NCBI RefSeq assembly: GCF_003918875.1
Contig: NW_025767080.1
Coordinates: 2,666,001-2,730,000, forward strand
Reading direction: 5' to 3'
Length of the DNA stretch: 64,000 nucleotides
Origin: Haliotis rubra
Taxonomy: Eukaryota
Every line of letters starts with the position of its first letter. The stretch's first letter is position 1. Shown here piece by piece: positions 12,612-26,870 of this stretch. The notes below the pieces were generated by a model. It ran no database searches, was not told where the DNA came from, and saw nothing but the letters and a program-made list of their open reading frames with translations. A program made the position numbers and the translations under genes.

Positions 12612-13176
12612 AGAATAACCAACAAGGTACGAGTGATTACGGGAAATATGTCCGAGTTGAAACAATGTTCACAGTGCCGAGCCTTGGCGAGGCACTGAAC
12701 ATTATTTTAACAAGGGCATATTTCCCGTAATCACTCGTACCTTGTTGGTTATTCTATTTATTACCAATAATGTAATTCAAAAAGAAGAACCATGAAATAA
12801 AAAACACCCTGAGACAGGACTTGAGACCTCAAACAGCTGATTCGTATTCATGCGCGTATTAAACCTAACTTCTCCGGCGGTAATAACATAACTACATTAT
12901 GGAATATAGTACCTCGTAAAATCGCTTTAAAATACAACAAAAATATTTTTTTTATGGAAGAATTTATTAACATTTGTTAATATCATAACAATGATCTTTT
13001 AAATGCAACATCATTGAACTTAATAATAGCTCAAACGTTATTTGATCAAGTCAGTGGGCCGGAACATCGTTCATTCCCGACTGACGTGTGTATAGTGACA
13101 GGTGACGGTGTTATTATCCCTTTGCATAAAAATGGCATAACATCAATTATGCCATTTTTAATGCAAAGGGATAATA
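12612..13176. mobile_element. Non-autonomous element starting with a ~144-bp hairpin (12612-12755)
   Basis: agaataaccaacaaggtacgagtgattacgggaaatatg...catatttcccgtaatcactcgtaccttgttggttattct; right end approximate. Confidence 0.7.
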
Positions 13177-13299
13177 ACATGATTTTGTGGTGCTTGCCTT
13201 AATCATTGTGTAACTGTTGACTTGATAATATTGAAATCTGTATGTTTTGACACTAGGCATCGGGACACACCCTTGAAAAGATGTGGTCTCAAATGTCAG

Positions 13300-13660
13300 T
13301 TCACAAATTTAATATCGTGTGTGTCCACCATTGGCGTTGATGTATCCTTGACAACGACACTAAGTGACTGAAGAAAGCTTTGGGAATGTTGTCCCATGTC
13401 GGAACAGTATACCGTTCACTGCGCCGTGTGGACACTCTTGCCCTGCCATCTGAGCTGTACAGATGAAATCTGGACTCGTCAGTGAACAAAACATCATCCC
13501 AATCTTGTCTCCTGTATCGATGCTGTCTGCACCAGGCAAGACGTGCCTGTCGGTGACGTTGGAACACAATGGGGCGCATTGCAGGCCACCGGGGCCTGAT
13601 GTTGTGCTCCCTCAGTCGGTTTCGTACAGATTCACAGGGTGGAAGCACTGTCCACATTTC
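13300..13660 (-). mobile_element. Tc1-family transposase fragment, internally deleted
   Basis: VRNRLREHNIRPR...HRQARLAWCRQH...VLFTDESRF and C-terminal NANGGHTRY*. Confidence 0.85.
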
Positions 13661-13661
13661 C

Positions 13662-16328
13662 TCGCTGGACAGTAAAAGGACAACACGTGGCGCAAGAGTA
13701 ATGGTAAGTTTTCCCTCGCATTTTCAATATTTCCCAAGTATATCAGGTTTTGCCATTTGGCAGACGGGTCTAGAAATTTACAGATCTGTCTGTAATAGAT
13801 TGACACCCTCTATATTTATTGCAATTGCGCGTTAAGCGTAGGCCCCCCATGAGTGTTGAAACAAGATCGCGGAAAAAGATCGTTTCAACACGAAATATGA
13901 CATTCTCATCTGCAGACACGCCTTTTGGGGGCTGTCTATTCTTAGATATAGTTATTTTAGGTCTCCATTCACAGATAAGGATTTAATGCATCAGTAATTT
14001 TGCAATTATCGTCGAAAAATGAAACTGTACATTTTACATGGAGTTATGTTGAAACTGTCCATTGCTTTGAATGTTTACGTTGAAGTAACTGTCCATGTAG
14101 TTGCATGGATTTTAGAGCATTAACTGTCCATGGAGTTATATGACGTTTACTCAGCCCTCAATAATTGAGGATATTTCGATTAGGTATAATGTGTTCATTT
14201 TCAGTGTAGTCTACACATGGTAGAAATACATTTTTATGACAACTTGTAAGGCATTTTACACATGTGACGTTACCATGTCGATACAAACACAGTTTTCAAG
14301 CACTGTTCTATTAAACGGCATGTGTTTCAACATAGAAACGTTGGATGTGAAATTGCCTCACAAGTTTTGAATCATAAGATATTCCTACTTATAAAAGTAT
14401 CAGTTTCTAAATTTCTATTTATAGAGATAATCTACACACTTTACTTATAGCTGGTGTGTGAATATGCTAAAAGTGCGAGACATTCTTCGACAACACATAA
14501 GATACGCTTTGTTCTGCAATAATTTGCTATGTAAGTCCCCATGAGCTACTATCCCCTCCCAACATCATATTGATATAAGTCAACAACCACGTGCTTATAG
14601 ATGACAGGATTTACCTGTTCTTATTTAGGGTCGCCCAATCAGATCACAGGCAAATGTTCTCGCCTGTCATCATTTGTATAAATTTGTTACATAAATACTG
14701 CCACATCCTTTGTTGATAGCAAAATAATGCATTTTGCAGGGATCATCATTTTGATTCATCTACACGCTGCAAGCGGAAGCCTAAGCGGAAAAGTGCAGCG
14801 ATACATGGGCCAAGGTAGTGTGCTACGGGTTGCCAACCTGTCAGACAACATCACAAATGTGACCAGTCGAAAATACTGCCTCACAAGAAGCATGGAGTGG
14901 AACTTAATGATTGACCATTACTGACATTCATATCATTCCCGCAGGATATATTGGTTGTATTAAATAAATGTACATATGGGCTGATTTATGCGTTTATATC
15001 ATGGACATGCATGATTTGAATGACTTAAAGCTAACAGAATGTTTCATGATTCCGTTGACATGTCTTGTGTGCTCCATCTTCCACATGGACTGTATATCAA
15101 TATAGGAAACAATAAAGGAAGTTGCATGTCAAGTTCCAAGTTTTATTTGTTATAGGGCAAATATAAGTATGGGGATATTATAACACAACTTTTAAAATGA
15201 AAATAATAATGATATCACAGAACAAACATGGAACTCTCTTCCTGAGAAAATTAAACACTTTGGCTTTGCATTTCAAGTTCCAGTTCCAAGATTTATGTGT
15301 TACATGACAAACGTATGATCGTGAAATCAATCGTCCTTATGGGCATTCTGGGCATGCCACCGAAGTGATGAACGCCATTTATAGGTCTTGTAACAAATCT
15401 TGCATCTGTACTGCTCCCCCTGGTGAGTCGTCTTCACGTGTTCATGCCAGTAGGACTTGGCCACCTTCATTCCACAGTGTGGACATTTCTTTATCCGGCT
15501 TTGAGCATGTGGGCCTATGGAGATCCTTCTTAGATTTGTATCAACAACCACATTGTTTACAATTATATGGTGTGATATTGTGGTGCTTATTAATATGGCT
15601 TTCGAAATCCCACTTTGCTGATATCTTTGTCCACAGACTTGGCAATGGAAACGGTAGTTGTTTTAATGGATCCCCTTGACATGCAGTCTGAGGCCATATG
15701 ACGACCAAACGACTGGTGTTGAACGATATGCGAGACTCGCCTACTGCTTCAGCTTCAGAATTCATTTCCTGAAACTATAAACATATCAAACTAATGCATA
15801 TATTACCCACAAACTACAACATTGAACAAAACATTCTTCTTCACAGCAAATACCTCTAGAATAACGTTTGATGACATGACGGTTAAAACTAAAAAACTGT
15901 CAACTCCATGGACAGTAAAATAATGTAAAACTCCATGTAAAATGTACAGTTTCATTTTTCGACGATAATTGAAAATTTACTGATGCATTAAAGTCTAAAC
16001 TGTGAATGAAAACCTAAAATAACTATATCTAAGAATTAACAGCCCAAAAAAGGCGTATCTGCAGGTGAGAATGTCATATTTCGTGTTGAAACGATCATTT
16101 TTCGCGATCTTGTTTCGACACTCTGGGGTGGGGGGTGGGGGGGTTTGCCCTCGCTTAACGCGCAAAAGCAATAAATATAGAGGGTGTTAAGCTATTACAG
16201 ACACATCTGTAAATTTCTAGACCCGTCTGCCAAATGGCAAAACCTGATATACTTGAGAAATATTGAAAATGCGAGGGAAAACTTACCATTACTCTTGGGC
16301 CACGTGTTGTCCTTTTACTGTCCAGCGA
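13662..16328. mobile_element. 2.67-kb non-autonomous DNA transposon with ~400-bp TIRs and subterminal (AACTGTCCATGGAGTT)-type repeats
   Basis: 13662-~14060 is the reverse complement of ~15925-16328; mirrored ORFs appear in the ORF track. Confidence 0.85.
15327..15767 (-). pseudogene. Decayed four-finger C2H2 zinc-finger exon inside the long-TIR element
   Basis: FHCQVCGQRY/AKWDFESHINKHH; YNCKQCG*YKSKKDLHR; KCPHCGMKVAKSYWHEHVKTTH; YRCKICYKTYKWRSSLRWHAQNAH; tttcag acceptor upstream; two frameshifts and a stop. Confidence 0.8.
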
Positions 16329-17601
16329 CAGGTTTCCAAACCTGGCATTCTCGGGGACGAACGTCTTACCGCGCTTATGGCCGTTTGAGATTCTGTTGTC
16401 AAACATCAGACCTCTCTCACGATTAGAGTGAGCCACGTTGTTGTCAAACTCCAGGATGGGTGTGTGTCTGGTCTGGAACTTTGTGACAGCTGGCTGGTTG
16501 TTGGCCAACTTCTCTGCTTGACGAGCAGCTGATGGTCCGAGTGGGAGCATTTCGTGTGGAATCGCTTCCACCCTGTGAGATTTAAAGTAATCTAGCCCAT
16601 TTGAACCCTTATTATGGCATGTGTAGACATGTATAATTATATACATATGGTTCACATTTGCGCAGTTGACGACATTCTCTGTTTGCACATTAGTATGAAT
16701 CATAGTAGACTCGAAATATTGCACAAGGACTTCCAAACACATTTTCCCCTCTCTCTTACTAACAGCGTCAATTCAATTCGTGAGGAATTGACAGGTGGGC
16801 AAACACGTAGATCCAAGCAACCCATGCCATCCATGCTGAGACCTTACACAGATTATGGTGTTTGTATCACAATTCAAAGTCACAATTAAACGGAACCTCC
16901 CTCTAGTATTAATAGCGTCAATTACCTCGAGGGGATTTGGCAGGTGTGCAAGAACGGGGGGTGTGCGCTGATAAACAGGACATAACTTTCACTTGGGTTT
17001 AATGATGGGGTGGAATAGTACGGGGTGGCATAGAAAGGCGTTTAATAGGACGGGATGGGATCACAGGCCCTCGTGTCTTTGCGAGGATTAAATATTTTTA
17101 AAAATGAGATGACCCCCGACTCGAAATGCTACACAGTACAATACTGGATGGGATAGGATAGGGTTGCTCTGGATAGGATGCAAGGTCCAGGTGGTTTAGA
17201 GAGGTGTACACACGGATGACCTTGCGACGCGAAGGGGCGGGGTGATATAGAGGGGAAGGACGGGACTGCTTGGAACTGGATGGTACTGAGCCTTCCGACC
17301 AGTACATGTTATCACAGCTCTACACCTCCTTGGCACGGACTGATAAAGTTTACGGACCACATTCATGAATTTCACCAAGGGTAGCTAGTTTGTTTAGTGA
17401 ATACAATAGTCATGTAAAACTAGCAAGATCCATATATTATCTCGTGCTTTTATGAGGATAGGCTATAAACCCGGAATAAGTGTAAGATATATCCCACAGA
17501 CTGAAGCGTGTAAACCAACATCAAAACAAACCATTTAGTTGTATCAAAAATTTATTTTACACATGTATAAGGTATGAATTCTTTCCAAGAGAGTCTCTCC
17601 T

Positions 17602-20600
17602 TTATTTTCCGCTGAAAGTAAAAAGTAAGTGATGAGAGACAATATGAAATTTCTTTTGCCAGAAATTGAGCATTCAGTAAAAACTGTAATATGGAGCAAT
17701 TAACTTTTGTAAAATGACAATCCTACCCTATCCGCAAACACCAGGTGTCAATTACCTATTTATATCATGTGCCTGTATTATATTTTATCCCTCCAATGAA
17801 ATCTGTTTCGACAGATAATCGAGACCTAATTACATTTGCTGAGATTTACTTTGGAACACCAAGACATAGCTGATGCGAACGTAAAAATGTGAATACAGGC
17901 TTAAAGACACTATGTCACACATTTTCGACTATATTTTGGCCTGTATTATACATATGGGGCATATGCACTCACTTTAGCTTCCTATTGATGCAATAAAAGA
18001 TGTATTATCCCTTACGACTTGCTGATAAGTGAAACTTCGAGGCGAATACCTTCCAAACAGATAACACTTGCCATATAGGGAATGTAAACAGTTGCTCTGT
18101 ACATCGAAAACTGTCGCACGCGGTTTTGTTGTGTATGCCCAACTGGTTTCTGTGTCCAAAGGAGCTATAGGATATTCGTAGAGAGCGCTCCAAGGGGACA
18201 TAACTCTTTAGGGTTCGCTTGAAATAATGTTCGGCCGGTAGAGGGTGTTGCATTATTCATTCGAACTTTTTAATTTAATATTGTAATCTAATACGTATTT
18301 TTTTCAAAACATAAATTATATTGTAGCTTCCCTGAGGGCTGATAGTATTATTGAGAGAAATGCATTATTTATTTTCTAGAGAAGCGTGGTGTGCATAGTG
18401 CCTTTAATGAAGAGTTTTGCATTTAAAGTGATACACAGAAAGAAATTGTTTTGATTGTATTTATCATGTCAAGGAAACGTAAAACGTAATCGTTGTTCAC
18501 TTTTATACTGTCGTAAAAGTATCAGTGTGTGATAGGCACAAACATGTTCTCCAACTGGTCTAAGTGACCCGTCAATCATGACGCTGAGCACAGTTACTTT
18601 CATGCCTGATCTGCCGTGTCCACCACGACCAAATGAAATCAGTGAACAATTTATTAATGGCCATTGCTCAAAAAGGAAGGACACTCCCCTTTACTTACAC
18701 GCCAGGTCCAAACCCATGTCCACAAAGACAGTGGCCGTCGAAGCAATGACGTTCTGCATGGCTGTCTCTACACTGACAGCTGTCGCAGTCGGCGCGGGCG
18801 GTACATGTGGCTGAAATATGAACGTCCCTCTTAATTTGAGCACCACAAATGACACATAGATTCTGTCGTACGCTTGGTCAGTGATTCCCTGCAAACCGTT
18901 AAGTTCATGTCAAGCCACCGAAGTTTCCACAAAAATGGACTTAGCAAATTGGAATATTGACTTTCATTTTTATTAAAGCCTCGGTTGCTGAGTGAGAAAG
19001 TCGATTACTTTAGGGCCTCAATCTGAATGTGTGGGTTCAAGTGTGACACAACACAAAAACTAAAATTTTGAAGTTTACTAAGAAAGTGTAATTATCACAT
19101 TACATTTCATCACTTGCTGAAAGGCAGTGTGTATACTTGTGGTCATTCTGTTTGCCTCTTTCTGGTATAGGCGAATCTTACGTGAATAATACGCTGATGA
19201 ATGAAAATTGCCGATTGTAGTTATTAAGACTGTTATTTTGTTAATTGGCATACCTGAAAAGCAGGAACCAGCATTAGCTGCAACCAGACAGGTGCATAGT
19301 CCATGAGAGCAGGCAAGTCTCGAGGAACTGTCACAGGTCACGTGAGTACAGTCACTATCATCCCTACAGGACTCGCTGTAGATCACAGCTGGTGTAAAGA
19401 AAGAAACCACATGTCATTAACAACTGGTACACGTGCTCCTCTGTGGAGGTCACGACTCAGACATTTCAGCAACATTTGTAGAAGCGAGTAAGTTGATGGA
19501 TGAGCATGTTTGGCAAGTACAAGTTCAAACTATATACCCCACTTCCGGTCTCATTGCCATGGTTTCGAATGTTTAAAGGGTAGGTGCATTGGCTGATACA
19601 CCAACACATTTTATCAAAAAGAGAGTTTTACTTTTACAAACGGATTATAACAGGCACAGTACACGAGTGTTTCCATACTAATCAATCTGAAGATATATAC
19701 TGGTACAAACTATGGACTGAAATATATCCCACTCCAACTCACGTTCTCCAATTGAGCTTCCATGAACAGTTCAAATAACATTGTTCAGTGGAATTGTAGA
19801 GGACTGAAGAATAATTTCTATGATTTGAAGTTACTAAAGTTACAATATTTTAGGCCAACGGCATTTTGTTTGCAGCAAACATATCTTAAAGACACAGATC
19901 TTATTTACAGAAGACAAAATGAATTATATAACTTCTTTCTTCCTGCAGGACCTAGAGCTACTGGAGGATCTTCAATTTTGATGAGACAGAATGTTATACA
20001 TACATGTAGCAGTATTCCCTTATAAAAATACATGTCGTCAAGCTGTTGCTATCCGACTTTGGGGTAATCCACTTTGGGATAGTTCTGATACAATCAGAAA
20101 TGGGAAGACACTAGACGGTTATATTTCTAACAACGATCTGTGTATCTTTAATGATAATTCGAAAACATATTCACATCCCGGTACAGGTACATGCCCTTGC
20201 CTAGATTTATCTCTCTCACACAGATCTGTTGATTGAATTTCAGTGGTCAGTCCACAACGACCTTTGTGGCAGGAATCATTGTCCGACCATTCTTCAAGCA
20301 ATAACTCCAGCTGATGTGTGTTCCTCCATCATCAAGATGGAAATATCTACATTACGTTCTAATGAATTAAATGCTGACTATAACCTGTGTTTTTCATCAT
20401 CTTTTTAAATAACTATATTTCACCACTTGGAATAAGAATACAATCCGCTATTTCTGCAGCTAACATCGATCTTGAAAATACAGCCCTAACCCACCTTTTC
20501 TCTTCTCCACCGTGGCAATTGGTAACGCTAGAGGTGGAGGTGACGTAAAATGTTCACTCACTCACAGATATATAGCACGGAAAACGAGCAGTACAAATAC

Positions 20601-20719
20601 ACTAACATTGTATATTACTTTTAAATATTAAATCTCACTAACTAAAATATGGTCTCAGTTACTGTCTTCTACCCACCAACAGAGACACTGACAATGACGA
20701 GAAACAGTGTAGCTTTCAT
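17602..20719 (-). CDS. Copy D (type 1), 99 aa: MKATLFLVIVSVSVAVIYSESCRDDSDCTHVTCDSSSRLACSHGLCTCLVAANAGSCFSATCTARADCDSCQCRDSHAERHCFDGHCLCGHGFGPGVGK
   Basis: Exons 20677-20719 (donor GTGGGT), 19254-19388, 18699-18810, 17602-17611; TATA 20771-20780; AATAAA 17551-17556. Confidence 0.85.
17905..18403. mobile_element. TTAA-targeting MITE (Kolobok-like) in intron 3 of D
   Basis: TTAA on both sides, TIR ag(a/g)cactatg(t)cacac; absent at the paralogous site near 3840 in B. Confidence 0.75.
19775..20520 (+). mobile_element. Degenerate LINE (I/Nimb-like) APE endonuclease fragment, antisense within intron 1 of D
   Basis: IVQWNCRGL, CLQQTYLK, NPLW, FNDNSKTYSHPGTGT..LDLSL, HNDLCG motifs. Confidence 0.75.
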
Positions 20720-23700
20720 GTCTGAGGGTTGAGGAAATACTTTCAGAGTAATGTCTTCATACGGTTGATCCTCTTATATACTTCTTTTGCCCGTGATACC
20801 AACACCAATCCCGAGATCCACAGTCACGATGTTGTGATTCTATGCACAGCAGCTGCATGCAAGATTTGTCTTCCCGTGGGCGGTTGTGTCATGACATGTA
20901 GATAAAGGACACATGTGGTATGCAGGTAACCTTCCACTATTGGGTAATTTATCTGATGACCTCTCGGAGTGCAATCTAGTCACATCTGTTGTTATTGCAT
21001 ATATATTATTCTTGAAGATCTACAAACAGCACAAAGAACTGAATTGGATCCCCAAGTAGGAAGCATCCTCAAGATGACGTATTTACAATAAATACCCAAC
21101 GAAAACAACTCTTCCACGGAAATCTAATATCCGCATGAGCAAGCCACGCAACAATTACATTCCTGCTTGACAACGGTACAAGAATCTGAATCGAGACGTC
21201 GCATTCGCGAAATAAAGAAATTGTTATCCATGAAGTTTTTCAATATTTGCTCAACTTCTAAAATGCCACTCAAACAAGTTAACAAACAATCACATACACA
21301 ACAAATGTAACATGTTCTGTAAAACCATATCAATCACGATAACCAATGGTTCTTCTTCATTGTTCACTGAAAGCAGCAGAATATTTTACATGGTTGTTCT
21401 TTTTTCTACTGACAAGCAAAGTAAGTAACAAGTATACAGAATGCACAAGGGCAAGATTGGAACCGATATCACACATGCACAGTCAAGTTAAATTCAAGCT
21501 TTTATGCAATCTTTTTATATTTTTAACTCCGTCTGTGTGTCCGTGCGTTTTATTTCCATGGCAACAACGTTGGCTTCGACTGAAAATTGGTGGTATTGCT
21601 CTCTTCCGGAGCAGAACTTAAAAAAACGTCAATGTTTCTTCAATAAACTTGGTGGTGAACTGGTGCCTTTAGGTAGTTTTGGATTTCCATGGCAACAAAT
21701 TTTACTTGACTGAAATTGGTGGTAGTACTCCTTTCCGGAGGAGAACTTAAAAACCTTTCAATACTTTCCTTCCACTTGGAGGGTATTTAGCAACCTAATG
21801 ACATAAATCAACAGTAGCAATCCATTTTCAGTATCAACATTACTGAGGTAACTCAAACCGTGGAAGCACCCAGGTAGTCTGTTGTTGGTACACGCATGAT
21901 AGTATAAATTACGAATAGTTTACATATGTATGTGTTTATGAAGAACAATGCAACATTTGACATGGTGATAACTAGCTGACATATTCATGAATTTATTTTA
22001 CCTATGCGGGGGGTATTAATGACTTTTCCTTTTTGTTTATACTTGTTTTGTTTTTTATTTAAGTCTCACGTTCAATGTAAACGTTATAAAAGCACTGTGA
22101 AATACAGAGTACCGTTGGGTACAAGATCTTGCATCGGACTTTTGAGGATGTCGTTAATTACTGGATTGTGTGATTTTTTATGTCTTTAGTTACAAAGATT
22201 CAGCGTCATATAACAGTCAAATAAGAGTGTTCTCGGAAACAATAAAAAAGAATATTTTATACATCTATGCATTGATTAAAATGTGATACTTATGAAGCTT
22301 TTTCACTGTCACATTTGTTTCAAGCGGGAAGGAAACTGGTTTGGGACCATTATTGGACAATGTTACCTCATGGATACGCCAAAAGTTATTGTAGAGCTTC
22401 TTTCTCACAGACTTCTGCATGTTCATTTTGAACTCCCAAGCAGCAACTTTGCAGAAATTCATACCAAACAAATACCTAATAAGGAGTGCACATTTGGTTG
22501 CATGGTGTTGCCAACTTTCAGACCCTTTTTCCATTCAAAAGGATTCCCATGTACCCTGACGTTCAGCATTTACATAATGTTTCATTGTAAACCTCAGATG
22601 ATTCTTGTTTTCAGCTTGGGCAAAGAGCCCTGAACAATATTCATAGTCATTCATCCCCAAGTTGGTTGATCAAGAAATGAAGTGTTTCCTTCATACTTTC
22701 TTTTTCATATCTTGAAAAAGACATGTTCAAATTTGACATCTAGCTAACAGAAATGTATCCAATATTCACAGTGATTATCAACGTTTCTTTACATGTTAGA
22801 ATATCATTTTTAATAACTACTTAATACCTGATTGCGACATAAAATATTTCTAAGTGATGATTTCATATTTATCCTAATTTAATCCCATTTTCTCATGTGT
22901 AGAAATGTGTTGTTACATATGTTCCAGAATTGTTGCAACTGACCACGCACTCTATTAATATGGATCACAGTAGAAGACAAATACCTATTGCACCAGGATC
23001 TGCAAACAAATTACCCTCCCTCTGTACTAAAAGCTTCAATGGTAGACAAGAACGCATATCCAAGCAACCCAAACTATCCATGCTTTGGCGTTTTGAATAA
23101 TACCGTTTTTTATCATAAACATTAGTCACATTATGATTATATAACTCGTGTTGTGTGGCACTATCTTTCCTTGTAAAAGAATGAATACCCAATGTCATTT
23201 AGAAAGTGGTGAATTTCAAGTTGTTATATGTGGGATTACACTTTCTCAGTAAAGTAACGATTTTAGTACGCCACGGTGGCTGAGTGGGTTAGATGGCTGA
23301 CTTTGTGTGCTGGCGATTAGAGTGTGGGTTTGAATCCCTGGAAAGTTTAATCCCGACAATAACATATGTTGTTGAACAGTGTTGCAGTAGCGTACATTTT
23401 TCAGTCAAGATTTCAGTTCAGTTGTATATGCATTTACATTTAATTTGTTTAACACAAGGATGATACTTCCTACGCGACACCTCATGCTCTCTGGACATAA
23501 ATTATGGTAATACTGATTGTCGAACGTTCATGAGGGGGACGTTCCGATCAACCCCTGGCTTGACCACCGTCGGCTTCTATCACAGCTCTACACATCCTTG
23601 ACAAAAATTCAATAAGTCTACGAACCACCATATTTCTTTATTCCATCAAGTGTCACGACTGTCGCTAGACTGTGTAGTGAAAAGCAATAGTCACGTAAAA

Positions 23701-23895
23701 CTAGCAAATACAGATCCATATATTGTATCGGGATCGTTTGAGGGTTGGCTACAAACCCGGAATACCCATGGAATATATTCCGTAATTGGAAGCATGGAAA
23801 CCAACACAAACGAGTTAACTGTTTTAGCAGATTTATTTTACATGTATATATGTATGGATCCACATAATATCGAGTCTTTCCATGGGGTTTCTTCT

Positions 23896-25440
23896 TTATT
23901 TCCCTCTGAAAGTAAACAGGTAGGTTCCAGTGATGGGTATGCAATAACAAACATCAGATAAGGTATTCATTCACATTTACTACTTTGGATTGTGAGTTAA
24001 CACATGTTATATTTGGGAGTACACTTTCTCAATTAAGTACAGATTCTAGTACTTCTGTTGGGTTGCGTTCTATCCGGGATTCTAACCCACACCCTCAGTC
24101 AGGCACCTAATCGCCAGCACACAAAGTCAGCTGCCTAACCCATCCGCTGTGGCAATAAAGGTACTAGAATCTGTAATTTACGGTGAAAATGTAATACCAA
24201 ACATAATACGTGTTTCAATTGACCACTTTCTTAATGGCATTGTGTATTCATAATGTTTTAATTATTTTGCAATTAATCGTTCCAGTTCAGAGACAAACGG
24301 TGACCGATAGATAGACAGACAGACAGACAGACAGATAGATAGATAGATAGATAGATAGATCACGCTACTAGTTACTTACACGCCTGGTCCACCAGGTCCA
24401 GTTGGACCATGTCCACAAAGACAGTGGCCGTCAAAACAGTGACGTTCGTCGTGGCTGTCTCTACAATTACAGCTGTCGCAGTCGGCGCGGGCGGTACATG
24501 TGGCTGAAATATGAACGTCCCTCTTGGTCACCACAGTACATATACAGCTCTCAGTGGTGTGACGTGATTAGATAGCTCCTGTCGTGTGCTTGGTCAATGA
24601 ATCCCTACAATTATCTAAACCGTCGGTATCAAGCTTGCACAAAAATGGACTTTTGCGATTTGGAATTGTGACTTTCACATTTGTTGAAGTCGTGGTGGCT
24701 GAGTGAATAGATCGCTTATCTTGTGCACGTCTTAGGTGCCTCACTCTGTTCCAAACCACTCTCTATAACCGTGTATACTTGTTGTCGCACCTTTGGCAAC
24801 GTTTGTTATTGCAGTGTCTTTCCTAAATAATACCTTCACGGAAGAACTTTGCCGAATACAGTTATAGACGTTAGTTAATTATACAGACCGTTATCAACTT
24901 GAAAGGCAGTGTGTTAATTGACATACTGACGAATGAAAATTGCCGATTGTAGTTATTAAGACTGTTATTTTGTTAATTGGCATACCTGAAAAGCAGGAAC
25001 CAGGATTGGCTGCAACCAGACAGGTGCATTGTCCATGAGAGCAGGCAAGCCTTGAGGAACTGTCACATGTCACGTGAGTACAGTCACTATCATCCCTGCA
25101 CCCCTGGCTGGATATCACCGCTGTATAACAAAAATATATACCATTTCATTAAAATTCGGGCTACCCGATGTACAGGGCACAGGTCACACTTTTGTTGAAT
25201 GTAGCAAGTGGATGGATGAGCATATTTTGCAGGTTTGACTCCAGAGGGTTTCAGACTTCGGTCTCTCACATATCCAGCTTTGAAAAGTGCCATTGCAACA
25301 CAAATTATGTATAGGTGCTGTTTTATATCATTTAAATACTAAAACCTAATATCTAAAATCATGAATGTCGTTACTATCTTCTACTCAAAACCAATAACAG
25401 AGCTGAACAGAGCAATGACGAGAAATAGTGTAAGTTTCAT
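23896..25440 (-). CDS. Copy E (type 2), cvSI-2-like; exon 1 has a 6-nt insertion and a degraded donor (G|GTTTTGAG); possible pseudogene or assembly error
   Basis: Exons 25392-25440 (MKLTLFLVIALFSSVI), 24986-25120, 24380-24503 (...DSHDERHCFDGHCLCGHGPTGPGGPGV), 23896-23905; TATA 25493-25502; AATAAA 23832-23837. Confidence 0.65.
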
Positions 25441-26474
25441 GTCTGTTGGATGAACGAAATGCTTTCAGAATAATGTCTTCATTCGGTTGATCCTCTTATA
25501 TACTTATCCTTCCCGTGATACCAACACCAATCCCGTGAGCTAGAGTCACGATGTTGTGATTCTATGTACAGCAGCTGCATGCAAGACTTATCTTCTTGTG
25601 GGCGGTTACGTCATGACATTGAGATAATACATGCAGCACATAGGTTACATTGCTTTGATTTATTTGGTTGGATCTGAAACCCAATAGGGCAATGTCTTGT
25701 CATATTTACGGTTAAAATTAAACGTTCCTACAAGTGAATAAACAACACATACAAAGTTAATTTGTTTTCTCATTTACAATGGGTTAGAAACGGTTACAAA
25801 ATCGGTATTATTTCAGTCATTCTGAGGGCTATATTTTCAGACATCATAAAACTGAAGGCAATGTCACTCAGTTGCCTTACAAAACTGTATCCCCGTGAAT
25901 AAGAATGAAGAGTGGAGATGTGAGCTTTAAAGCTTTCCATATTACAAATCAAGAGTAGGAAAACTGACATGGCAGTGCTGTGTTAGGTCATGTAGCGTTC
26001 ATAGTTTAATTGAGAGTGTGAAAACGTAATAGAGAACTGTGTTGAATGTAAACTATTCAAAACTCAGTAAACCTTTCCAAAGGTTTATAGTTGAGATTGG
26101 AGGGCATTTTCAAATTTGACGCGTAACTGACAAAAGTGACGTTTGATGTAATTTTTACCTGTAGTATGTGTTCCTGTGTGTTATTCAAGGGAACTTTTAC
26201 TGGTTTGCAGCGGGTGCCTCCGGTGCGGCACGATAGCAAACACTATTTGGGAGTGATTCCAAAACACAGGTTCATGACTGTATATCTAATCAAAGTAATG
26301 TTTGATAGGTAACATTTTCTATCTAATATCTATCGTGATTATATTGATATCTTTGTATATTCTCCCACCATGCGCTGAGTAAGCATGTTCTGTCTACATA
26401 TATTCACCCTGTTCATTGACTCAGCATTCACTTCCTAAAGGAGCAAGAATTAGCTCTGAAACGTCGCATAAAGA

Positions 26475-26867
26475 ATAAATAGAGAATCTCACCCAAGTGT
26501 CTTCTGATATCAATTATATCAACACGAGTTGATAAAGTTACAAATATCCGAGGCTTGCCGAGGATATTTTTACTTTATCGACGAGTGTTGATATATTTGA
26601 TATCAGAAGACACGAGGGTGAGATTCTATTTATCATCCAAAATCACTCTTCATTAATTCTCAATGAAAAATGTACATCTCTGAACATGGTACTGCCATTA
26701 CACTTGCAGTGCAGCGATGTCATAGCATTGTGACGTCATCAAGTACATGACGTCATAGCATTGTCAGGGCATTGTACAAAATCTACTGTCAAAACGATAT
26801 CTCCTAGGAGATATCGTTTGATCTCACACAAGCGATATCTCCTGTGGAACACAGTTTTGAATGATAA
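26475..26867. mobile_element. Hairpin-headed element (hairpin 26483-26627) present only in the first triplication unit
   Basis: Long palindrome; empty site at ~41190. Confidence 0.75.
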
Positions 26868-26870
26868 TAT

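Noticed and set aside
16155-16742. 195-aa ORF as a gene
   Set aside because: It runs from unique sequence into the TIR and has no recognisable motif.
18560-18640. MKVTVLSVMI / MKVTILSIMI in intron 3 of D and B as extra exon-1 copies
   Set aside because: No TATA box or GTGAGT donor; it looks more like a decayed echo of the exon-3 end (ggc atg aaa gtaac versus ggc gtg taa gtaac).
19078-19410. ORF-track proteins spanning exon 2 (also 9153, 24894, 32474, 39549) as single-exon genes
   Set aside because: They are exon 2 read through into introns; similarity between subtypes drops at the splice sites.
23618-23961. 103-110 aa ORFs over the conserved 3' block
   Set aside because: The block is explained by exon 4, its 3' UTR and an old Tc1 remnant; the ORFs are not kept in B and D.
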